DNA of 64,000 bases from Bdellovibrionales bacterium RIFOXYD12_FULL_39_22 (GTDB lineage: Bacteria; Bdellovibrionota; Bacteriovoracia; Bacteriovoracales; Bacteriovoracaceae): contig MEQL01000048.1 of the NCBI GenBank assembly GCA_001770205.1, forward strand, positions 1 through 64,000, in the 5' to 3' direction. Of the stretch, positions 51,792 to 59,874 are shown piece by piece. The translations under genes were made by a program, and so were the position numbers. Within the stretch, counting starts at the first letter, position 1. Each line of letters starts with the position of its first letter. The notes under the pieces are model-generated. The model was not told the DNA's origin. It made no database searches and was given only the letters and a program-made list of their open reading frames with translations.

Positions 51792-52825
51792 GTAAAAAAG
51801 AAAAAGAGTTAGTAAAATTCATCTCGCAAACTTTTAAGCGACATCCTGCACAACTAAATGACGCCTATGAGGCCGACAGCGAAATAATTAATCTAGGGGG
51901 AATAAATTATGCCATCAACATTGATTCCTACTCAGCGGAAGAAGATTATTTTTCTGATCTTGTTCCGGCCAACTTAGGTTTTAATCTGGCCATTGCCACC
52001 ATAAGTGACCTCCTGGCCGTCGGAGCCGATCCTCAGTTTTATCTTCATTCCATGGGATTGGATCGTGCAAAAGATGAAAAGTATCAGCAAAGTTTTTTGC
52101 AAGGTATCGCCGAGGCATTACAAAAAACTAACACCTATCTTTTAGGAGGAGATACCTCTACTGGAAATTGCTGGGCATATACTGCTACGGCCTTTGGACA
52201 ATGTCTTACTACTCCCGTTTTACGAAAAGGGGCCAGACCGGGTGATTTCTTGTATTCCACTGGTAAATTAGGAACGGGTAATCGTCAAGCACTCGCCTTA
52301 CTTTTATTGCGCGATAAAAAACTACCACTTGATAATAGAAGCATTGCCCTGGCCTCTCCTCGTTTTATTTCTCGTTATAAAGAATCTACTGTTATAAAAA
52401 AATATGCGAGCTTTATGATTGATAGCAGCGATGGTGCAATTAACTCTCTATACAATTTAAGCGAAGTAAATCCGTTGGTAGAATTTGAATTGAAATTCAA
52501 AGAAGAGTTAATTGAACAAGAAGCACAAGAGATAAGTAAATTGGCCCAAATGCCACTGGAAATTTTTCTCTTCTCCACTCTCGGTGAATATGAACTTTTC
52601 TTTGGTATTCCCCAAAATAAAAACAGTGATTTCTTGGCCAATTGTAAAAAGGAAAACATCACCATTTTTCCCCTTGGACAAATAAATAATGGGTCCGGAA
52701 TACGCTTCACTAAAAATAATCTCTCCTTTCAACTTCCCTCCTCTATGCCCGACCCACGAGATTTGACGATGGAAAAATATGTAAGTGGCCTTTTGGCCTT
52801 TATCAAAGAGAATATCTATGGATAA
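51788..52825 (+). CDS. ThiL-like kinase (PurM/AIR synthase fold), divergent
   Basis: SDLLAVGADP, LLGGDT, RKGARPGD, IDSSDG, GEYEL. Confidence 0.85.
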   Translation: MSKKEKELVKFISQTFKRHPAQLNDAYEADSEIINLGGINYAINIDSYSAEEDYFSDLVPANLGFNLAIATISDLLAVGADPQFYLHSMGLDRAKDEKYQQSFLQGIAEALQKTNTYLLGGDTSTGNCWAYTATAFGQCLTTPVLRKGARPGDFLYSTGKLGTGNRQALALLLLRDKKLPLDNRSIALASPRFISRYKESTVIKKYASFMIDSSDGAINSLYNLSEVNPLVEFELKFKEELIEQEAQEISKLAQMPLEIFLFSTLGEYELFFGIPQNKNSDFLANCKKENITIFPLGQINNGSGIRFTKNNLSFQLPSSMPDPRDLTMEKYVSGLLAFIKENIYG

Positions 52826-54020
52826 CAGCAAAATATTTTTCCCGCTTCGCTTGGGAAAAACTACCCTTCAAAACAGAGTAATCCGCGCGGCAACTTACGA
52901 GGGCGGTGGAGATCATAATGGGATTCCCACCAAACATCTACATAACATGTATGAAGATCTGGCCCGCAATGATGTGGCACTAATTATCACTGGCTTTAAC
53001 TATGTCTCTCTAGAAGGCCGCGCCTATCAACCTCGTCAATGTGGAATCGATCATGAAAATAAAATTGCTCCTTGGCAAGAAATTACAGATCTTGTTCATC
53101 AGCATAGAGCAAAAATTTGTATGCAAATTTCCCATTGCGGGAGACAAACGAGAAGTGAAATTACCCATTCTCCCATTTACGCTCCTTCCGCAATAACTTG
53201 CACATATTTTCGTCAACGGCCTAAAACTTTAAGTGAAGAAAAAATATTATCTATAATTGCTGAATATGTTGATGCCGCCAAACGTGCGCAACAAGCAGGT
53301 TTTGATGGTGTTCAGGTACATTGCGCTCATGGCTATCTTATTCATCAGTTTTTTTCCTCCCACACTAATCGCCGAACAGATTCATGGGGTGGAAGTTATG
53401 AAAATCGCTTTCGTTTTGCCAAAGAAATTCTCACAAAAATTAGAGAGGTTTGTGGCCCCAATTTTTTAATCCTAACTAAAATCAGTGCTGGGGATGATCG
53501 AGGCCTTACAGTTGACATGGCCCGCATTTTTTGTGAACTAATCGACCAACTTAAAGTAGTAGATGGAATTGAAATATCTTATGGAACGATGGAATTTGCT
53601 ATGAACATATTTCGTGGCAAACTGCCTATTAATTTAGTTTTCAAGTACAATCCTCTTTTTGCCAGGTATCCTCGTCTAGTACAAAAACTGTGGCTTAAAT
53701 TTATTTTTCCCTGGTATAAGAAAAAATTCTATCCATTTAGTGAAAATTATAATTTAGAAAACGCACTGGCAATTGCCAAAAAAGTTAATACTCCCATCAT
53801 TGTTACGGGAGGAATTCGTAAAAAGTCTTCTATTTCTAATATTCTTAACACCAATATCGCAGCAGTATCTATTTGTCGTCCCTTTTTGGCCGAACCAGAT
53901 TTAATGAAAAAGATTGCGGCCAACGAGGAGTATCATTTTCGCTGTACCAACTGCAATATCTGCACCGTAATGTGTGATAGCGATAATCCCGGACATTGCT
54001 ACACTATAAAATCAAAATAA
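52818..54020 (+). CDS. NADH:flavin oxidoreductase (old yellow enzyme family) with C-terminal Cys cluster
   Basis: NRVIRAATYE, QISHCGR, HCAHGYLIHQF, NRRTDSWGG, CTNCNIC...C; start moved to ATG 52818. Confidence 0.92.
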   Translation: MDNSKIFFPLRLGKTTLQNRVIRAATYEGGGDHNGIPTKHLHNMYEDLARNDVALIITGFNYVSLEGRAYQPRQCGIDHENKIAPWQEITDLVHQHRAKICMQISHCGRQTRSEITHSPIYAPSAITCTYFRQRPKTLSEEKILSIIAEYVDAAKRAQQAGFDGVQVHCAHGYLIHQFFSSHTNRRTDSWGGSYENRFRFAKEILTKIREVCGPNFLILTKISAGDDRGLTVDMARIFCELIDQLKVVDGIEISYGTMEFAMNIFRGKLPINLVFKYNPLFARYPRLVQKLWLKFIFPWYKKKFYPFSENYNLENALAIAKKVNTPIIVTGGIRKKSSISNILNTNIAAVSICRPFLAEPDLMKKIAANEEYHFRCTNCNICTVMCDSDNPGHCYTIKSK

Positions 54021-54035
54021 TAGGAAATTATTTGT

Positions 54036-56270
54036 ATGAAAACAAAAACTAACTTTGATCTATCAATATTTTTAGAAAAATATGCCAATCTTTGTATTGG
54101 ATTTATCGTCATTGTCAGTTTGCTTTTTTTGCTCCCGCTATGGCAAACGCGAGTGGATAACAGTCTAAGTGTTCTCTATGAATCGGGAAATGATATTGAT
54201 CGGGCCAACCAAGAAATAAAGAAAGTTTTTGGTAACATAGATGAGTTAGTCGTGCTGGCCTATCACTCTCCAGATCTATTTCAAGTAAGTGAGTTGCGCT
54301 TTTTGCAGCAAATACAAGAAAATCTGGAAATAATACCAGGAATTAAATCCTGTATTAGTCTAGTCAACGTTCAAAGTTTTTGGAATGAAGTGGTCGGCGG
54401 AGAAATTATTACTAATACTGCTCCCTTTTTAAAGGAGCTGCCAACTAATAGTGAAGAATTAAGTGCGCTCAAAAAAAAGGCCCTGGCCAATCCACTTTAT
54501 TTAAAAAACTTTATAAGTAAGGATGGCAGAGTTGCAGGATTTAATATTATTTTTGATGATGGGATAACTGATCTACAAAAAGAAGAAACAGTAAAAAAAA
54601 TAATTTCTACCCATAAAAGTTTCAATCGGCCCTCTCAATTTTACTTGGCCGGCATGCATGTTTTTATGGAATCCACCGGCCGCTATATCGAAAATGATAT
54701 CATCCTCTACACTTCTTTGCTGGTACTAATTATGTTTGTACTAATGCTAATAATCTATAGAAATATCTGGGCCAGTTTGATGATCTTAAGCACTGTGGCC
54801 ATTTCCAATATTTTAACTATTGGCACTGTTACTCTTTTAGGAATGAAAATTAGTATCGCTACTACCGCTACTCCGGCCATCATAACTGCTTTTTCTATTG
54901 CCTACACTATTCATATCTTTTCAAGCAGCAACCAGGGAATGAATGAAGTTTTGCTTTCAAATTTTTTGGCCATTCTAACCACCCTCTTGGGTTTTGCCTC
55001 TATGCTCTTTAGTCCTATGCCAACTGTAAATCAATTGGGATTATACCTAGTAATGGGATCCATCTACTGTCAATTGACAATACTATTATTTGCGACTCCT
55101 ATGAAGTTGAGATATTTTAGTCATCTACAGCGCAATGAATTGGCCATTGCCTTCACACAGATGTGTCACAAGTTTGTTAAAACAAAGCGCCTATTAATCT
55201 ATCTCTATGCCCTTTTAATGTTTATTATTAGCTTTTTTGTACTCAATATGAAGTTGGATACCAACTACTATAAATATTTCAAAGAGCGCTCTGAAATTGT
55301 TAAAAGCGTTGATTTTATCAATCAACACCTCTCCGGACAATATCCCATTGTAGTAAAAATCACCAATCCCAGCGGTGTTAAGAACGAAAAAACACTGCGA
55401 CTTATTGAAAAATATAGCAACTTTATCAGTACCTCTCCCGACGTTGATAAAGTTATAAACTATCTCTCTTTGCTAAACGAAGGCGAGAAGGCCTTTAGTG
55501 ATGAAATTAAATCCAACTGGTATTTAGACCTGCGGGCCCTAGAAGAGGTACATATGTTGCTGGAAGGAGAAGACAAGGAGATGTTGCGTTATTATATTAA
55601 TTCCTCCGAAGATTCCACTTTAATTTTTGTGCGCACAAAAAGTATTAGTTCACTGGACTTTAAATCTATTGTGGCACAAACGCGCCAATTTTTTGCTCAA
55701 GAGCAGCTAGATAATTTAGAAATATCAATTGGAGGAACCTACCTTAATACTGTGGAGTCTGCCGATAAAATGTCGGCCTCGCAATTGACCTCTTCTTTTT
55801 ATGCCATCTCTGCGATCTTGCTAATTATCTTTATTTTTGCCAGAAAATTTTCACTGATGCTATTTGCTGGGGTGGTTAATATTCTGCCTATTTTTGCCAT
55901 CTATGGCATCATGGGCATTATGCAAGAGCCGCTAAATATGGGAACGGCCATTATCGCCTCTATAGCTTTTGGAATGGGTGTTGACGACACTATCCATTTT
56001 ATCATCCGCTATCGCTATGCTTTCAAAAAAATAGGAAGCGTTGAGCAGGCCATTTCACTAGTCTTTTTTGAAGGGGTTCCTTCTATGACCTACACCTCCA
56101 TTGTTATCGGTATTGGCTTTCTTTCGCTGGCACTCTCTTCTTTCACCCCTATTTATCAATTAGGCGTTTATACCTCGCTTACTATGCTTTTGTGCTACAC
56201 CTTCGATGTTTTTGTACTGCCACGTCTTCTTTATGATTTTGAAAAAGATGAGACGGAGAATGTTCATTAA
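54036..56270 (+). CDS. MMPL/RND-family lipid transporter
   Basis: Two repeats of TM, periplasmic domain and five TMs; GMGVDDTIHF. Confidence 0.9.
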   Translation: MKTKTNFDLSIFLEKYANLCIGFIVIVSLLFLLPLWQTRVDNSLSVLYESGNDIDRANQEIKKVFGNIDELVVLAYHSPDLFQVSELRFLQQIQENLEIIPGIKSCISLVNVQSFWNEVVGGEIITNTAPFLKELPTNSEELSALKKKALANPLYLKNFISKDGRVAGFNIIFDDGITDLQKEETVKKIISTHKSFNRPSQFYLAGMHVFMESTGRYIENDIILYTSLLVLIMFVLMLIIYRNIWASLMILSTVAISNILTIGTVTLLGMKISIATTATPAIITAFSIAYTIHIFSSSNQGMNEVLLSNFLAILTTLLGFASMLFSPMPTVNQLGLYLVMGSIYCQLTILLFATPMKLRYFSHLQRNELAIAFTQMCHKFVKTKRLLIYLYALLMFIISFFVLNMKLDTNYYKYFKERSEIVKSVDFINQHLSGQYPIVVKITNPSGVKNEKTLRLIEKYSNFISTSPDVDKVINYLSLLNEGEKAFSDEIKSNWYLDLRALEEVHMLLEGEDKEMLRYYINSSEDSTLIFVRTKSISSLDFKSIVAQTRQFFAQEQLDNLEISIGGTYLNTVESADKMSASQLTSSFYAISAILLIIFIFARKFSLMLFAGVVNILPIFAIYGIMGIMQEPLNMGTAIIASIAFGMGVDDTIHFIIRYRYAFKKIGSVEQAISLVFFEGVPSMTYTSIVIGIGFLSLALSSFTPIYQLGVYTSLTMLLCYTFDVFVLPRLLYDFEKDETENVH

Positions 56271-56399
56271 CTGCCTGGCATTCTCATTCAACGGTCGATA
56301 AGGATGAGGTTGAATTTTTAGTTGAATTGTTGGCGGCCTTACAAATAAAAAGTATGTCCGCATGGCAAAAGTAAGTCCTGAGACGGCCAAAAGATATTT

Positions 56400-56626
56400 T
56401 GCTGCTCCTGCAAAAAGTTTTTTTCATACCATAAAAGTTGAGCATATTTTAGGCAAAAAAATTTTAACAAGGGCCAAAGCAAAAGCTAGCATCTTTGAAT
56501 GGACTGAAGTAATTTATAATCGTTCAATAATTCACTCGACGCTTGGTTACATTTCACCGGTTGAATTTGAACGTATGTATTTTGAAAAAGTTTCTTTACC
56601 CGAGTCCGTTTTTGAGCGGAAGATCA
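56400..56626 (+). pseudogene. IS3-family transposase C-terminal remnant with right inverted repeat
   Basis: SFFHTIKVE...IFEW...YNR..IHSTLGYISPVEFE; end GAGTCCGTTTTTGAGCGGAAGATCA (reverse complement begins TGATCTT, IS3-like). Confidence 0.8.
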
Positions 56627-56692
56627 ATCTGCGCTTGTGGATTTCATGGAGGCCCATCATAAGATAAAGGCCACCAAGAGGAGTAGTTCAAA

Positions 56693-57454
56693 ATGAAGTA
56701 TGATAATAAAATAAATGAAATCGACAAACTCAATGGAAAAATTGATCAATTTAGACCAATTAACAAAGTATTGTTAAAGCAAATCAAGGAATATTTCCGA
56801 ATAAGCCTAACTTACTCCAGTAACGCCATTGAAGGTAACACCCTTACTGAAACAGAAACGAAGGTTGTCCTTGAAGATGGACTTACTATCGCAGGAAGGC
56901 CCTTAAAAGATCATTATGAGGCATCAGGACACAGCGAAGCCTATGACATGGTTTTTGACCTTGCAAAAAAGAAAACAATTACTGAAAAAGACATTTTAAA
57001 CATTCATCGACTTTTCTATTATAGAATTGACAACGAAAATGCTGGCCATTATCGCGAAGTTCCAGTTGTTATCACTGGAACTGAATATGTGCCACCTGCC
57101 CCATCAAAAATCCCTACTCTTATGAAAAAATTTGTGGCAAAAATCCCCTCACTCAAAAAGAAACATCATCCCATTGAGGCCGCGGCCTTGATTCACAAAG
57201 AGCTTGTTGGCATTCACCCATTTGTTGATGGCAATGGCAGAACAGCACGATTATTAATGAACCTTTCGCTTTTTCAGGCCGGTTATACCATAACAATAAT
57301 CCCGCCAATTCTTAGGGCTGACTATATTGCTTTAATTAAACAATCGCAGACGGGCAAAAAGGATGACTCTGGATTTATTAATTTTATCAGCGCAATGGCA
57401 TATGAATCGACTAAGGATTATTACCGCTTATTAAAGCAGCTATGCCAAACATAA
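56693..57454 (+). CDS. Fic-domain AMP transferase, class II (autoinhibited)
   Basis: HPFVDGNGRTAR catalytic motif; N-terminal inhibitory SNAIEGN. Confidence 0.95.
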   Translation: MKYDNKINEIDKLNGKIDQFRPINKVLLKQIKEYFRISLTYSSNAIEGNTLTETETKVVLEDGLTIAGRPLKDHYEASGHSEAYDMVFDLAKKKTITEKDILNIHRLFYYRIDNENAGHYREVPVVITGTEYVPPAPSKIPTLMKKFVAKIPSLKKKHHPIEAAALIHKELVGIHPFVDGNGRTARLLMNLSLFQAGYTITIIPPILRADYIALIKQSQTGKKDDSGFINFISAMAYESTKDYYRLLKQLCQT

Positions 57455-57566
57455 TGTTTACGTTCACTCAATTAAGGGTAATTAAGGTAGTTATTGAGAG
57501 GTTCACATAAAAAAGAACAGATACAAAAAACTTGGAGATTTAGCAGAAAAAAGATGCATAAAAAAT

Positions 57567-57643
57567 TGGCACACCGGACAGGGGTCGAACCTGTGACCTA
57601 CCGCTTAGAAAGCGGTTGCTCTATCCAGCTGAGCTACCGGTGC
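57567..57643 (-). tRNA. tRNA-Arg(TCT)
   Basis: GCACCGG acceptor, AGCTCAGCTGGATAGAGC D-arm, ACCGC-TTTCTAA-GCGGT, ACAGG-TTCGACC-CCTGT, encoded CCA. Confidence 0.97.
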
Positions 57644-57680
57644 GCATATGATTTTATTAATGCTGGGGATCGCTCTGCGA

Positions 57681-57709
57681 AATTTAAGCAAAATAATACT
57701 TCTTGTCAA
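57681..57709 (-). promoter_or_regulatory. Sigma70 promoter of tRNA-Arg
   Basis: TTGACA-N17-TAAATT. Confidence 0.6.
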
Positions 57710-57789
57710 GAAATTGATAATTTGTCAGATTGATAAAAACTACTGGGCCTTCTACCCATAAAACAACCTTTCGTAATAGGAGATAATTT

Positions 57790-58779
57790 ATTCGCGCCCG
57801 TATATACCATTCCTCTACTCGCGAATTTACCTGCAAAATTATCGACAGTGGTCTCACCGTACGAGCATGTGCGCTCGGCAATCTTCTTAAAGATGGCACC
57901 GTCGTTGTGGGTGACTTTGTGGATCTAGGAATTATTTCTGAGACAGGTGAATATCAAATACGATCAGTGGAAAAGCGGCAAAACGAAATCTTTAGGGTAA
58001 TTGTTCGCGAAGGGAAAAAAAAGGTTACTGCAGCTAATTGTGATTGCCTGGTAATTATAACATCTGCGGCCGATCCTGATTACAAACGCGGAATTATAGA
58101 TAGATTTTTGGTGCGGGCCTATCAGTGGGGAATTCGACCGTTAGTTGTATTCAACAAAATGGATCTCTACAATGAAGATCTTTTTTTTATCCATTTCGAG
58201 GCCGAAAGACTTGCTCAACTTGGTATCGAATCTTTTGAAATATGTGCCAACAGCTTCGATCCCAGTTCTCCCAATAAATCAAATTATCAACAACGCTTTT
58301 TGAAAAATGGCATTGCGCAATTGCGTGATGAATTACACAACAAAACGGCCATTTTTGTAGGACAATCTGGTGTCGGTAAAAGCAAGCTCATTTCGCTACT
58401 TGCAGGCAATAGCATTTTGCTCAAAACCAACGAAGTGGGAAAAAACAAGAAAGGGACTCATACCACAACCTGGTCAGAGATAATTGATTGTGAATTTTTT
58501 CAATTGATTGACTCTCCCGGTGTTCGCTCTTTTGCACTCGATGATATTTCCAAGGATGAACTACTTTCTCTTTTTCCAGACATTGAAAAAATCGCCCTAA
58601 AATGTTCCTTTTCAAACTGCACCCACAGCGAAAACGCTAAGGGGTGTGCTTTTGCGCCGCTATGGGAAAGTGACGAATTGGCCGACCTCTATCTCTTATC
58701 CCGACTAGAATCGTACGTTAAAATACTAGAAGAACTTGCTAAAGTGGATGCCTGGAATAAAAAAAATTACTCGTCATAA
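57790..58779 (+). CDS. rsgA: Small ribosomal subunit biogenesis GTPase, apparent ATT start
   Basis: VVGD OB motif, NKMD, GQSGVGKS, HTTT, DSPG, CSFSNCTH...C; frame open 39 codons upstream of the GTG 57907 to ATT 57790, with AGGAGA 6 nt before. Confidence 0.9.
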   Translation: MRARIYHSSTREFTCKIIDSGLTVRACALGNLLKDGTVVVGDFVDLGIISETGEYQIRSVEKRQNEIFRVIVREGKKKVTAANCDCLVIITSAADPDYKRGIIDRFLVRAYQWGIRPLVVFNKMDLYNEDLFFIHFEAERLAQLGIESFEICANSFDPSSPNKSNYQQRFLKNGIAQLRDELHNKTAIFVGQSGVGKSKLISLLAGNSILLKTNEVGKNKKGTHTTTWSEIIDCEFFQLIDSPGVRSFALDDISKDELLSLFPDIEKIALKCSFSNCTHSENAKGCAFAPLWESDELADLYLLSRLESYVKILEELAKVDAWNKKNYSS

Positions 58780-58879
58780 TAGTTTATTTGACTGAATAGC
58801 TTGAAAAATATTAGCGCCCAAGGGATACTAATCAGCATTGATTTTCAGCTAACATCCCACAGACATAAGGCAACAGCAA

Positions 58880-59383
58880 ATGGCCGCATTATCCGAAAAA
58901 GAAAAAAACAGAAAGTATCGTGAATCAAAAGTTCTTTTAATCGATGAAAATACCCAGGAGCGCAACAATATCGCCTCTCGCTTGCGCATGCAGGGAATTT
59001 CGGTCGATAGCATGTCCAGCGGTTTTCAAGCGATCAATCAAATAGAACACACCCAATATGACTTAATCATTGTAATGCGAACACTTCAAGATATGATTGA
59101 AAGCGAAATAATAACATTAATAAAATCTCCGCTTAATGAAAGTATCAGCACTGCCGCAATGATTGAAGATGTAGAACCAACAACTCTGCCAAATCAAGAT
59201 AACAAGCTGGAGGCCATAAAAGTCATTTCGCAAAAAAGTCGAACTCCCAAGGTAATTTGCTGCATCGATAAACTAGATAGCAAATACGTCGATGAAATAG
59301 CCATGGCCGGGGCAGACTGCCTCTATCAGTCTCGGTATAATTTCAATGAAATTCTGAAAGCAATAGATAAGATTCTTTTTTAA
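58880..59383 (+). CDS. Atypical (pseudo-)receiver domain protein
   Basis: VLLIDE...YDLIIVMRTLQDM...AMAGAD: receiver pattern with the phospho-Asp replaced. Confidence 0.65.
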   Translation: MAALSEKEKNRKYRESKVLLIDENTQERNNIASRLRMQGISVDSMSSGFQAINQIEHTQYDLIIVMRTLQDMIESEIITLIKSPLNESISTAAMIEDVEPTTLPNQDNKLEAIKVISQKSRTPKVICCIDKLDSKYVDEIAMAGADCLYQSRYNFNEILKAIDKILF

Positions 59384-59579
59384 AGTTAATCTATTTTTTT
59401 ACAATTTAGTGGCCGACAAAATTAGACGGGAAAAATTTTCCCAAATATTCCTCAGTTTTTATAAAAAAAAATCGATCAGTGCTTCAGGAACTGATGAAAA
59501 TGGCAAGTAACAGGAGTGTTTAGATGCCTTGGATAGCAGTGGAAGCTTTGATGAACAACCAGAAGGGGAAACTGCGCCA

Positions 59580-59843
59580 ATGAAAACCTGTGATAAAAAA
59601 GTCAGTAGCAAAGAACAAAAATGCAAAGGGAAAATTCTAATCAAAAAGTGTCACGTTTGTGGCCATCTCATGGAGTCAACTAAAGAGCTTGAACGATGTC
59701 CAGCATGCGACAAATCCTTTTTACCAACAAATTACTTTGGAAAAATTCACGCTAAAAATTCTGCGGAATTTAAAAATCTCTACGCTGATTGTAATGAGCT
59801 TTGCGAAGAAGATTTAGTAAAAGGCATTCATGTTATTTGGTAG
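59580..59843 (+). CDS. Small Zn-ribbon protein
   Basis: CHVC and CPAC; ATG 59580 behind GAAGGGGA. Confidence 0.6.
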   Translation: MKTCDKKVSSKEQKCKGKILIKKCHVCGHLMESTKELERCPACDKSFLPTNYFGKIHAKNSAEFKNLYADCNELCEEDLVKGIHVIW

Positions 59844-59874
59844 TCGCTGATTTTTATGATACCTTTGTTGGCCT

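Noticed and set aside
47244..52825. Ordinary biotin (bioF) and thiamine (thiL) genes
   Set aside because: No other bio or thi genes; dedicated ACP, lipid kinase and MMPL context; divergent substrate motifs. Not fully excluded without phylogeny
45948..56270. Hopanoid, quinone or archaeal-type ether lipid cluster
   Set aside because: No squalene synthase/cyclase, ubi/men ring genes or GGGP synthase present
57494..57733. 79-aa plus-strand ORF
   Set aside because: Antisense to tRNA-Arg
59452..59478. Additional sigma28-like promoter TCAG-N15-ATCGATCA
   Set aside because: Too many mismatches to support
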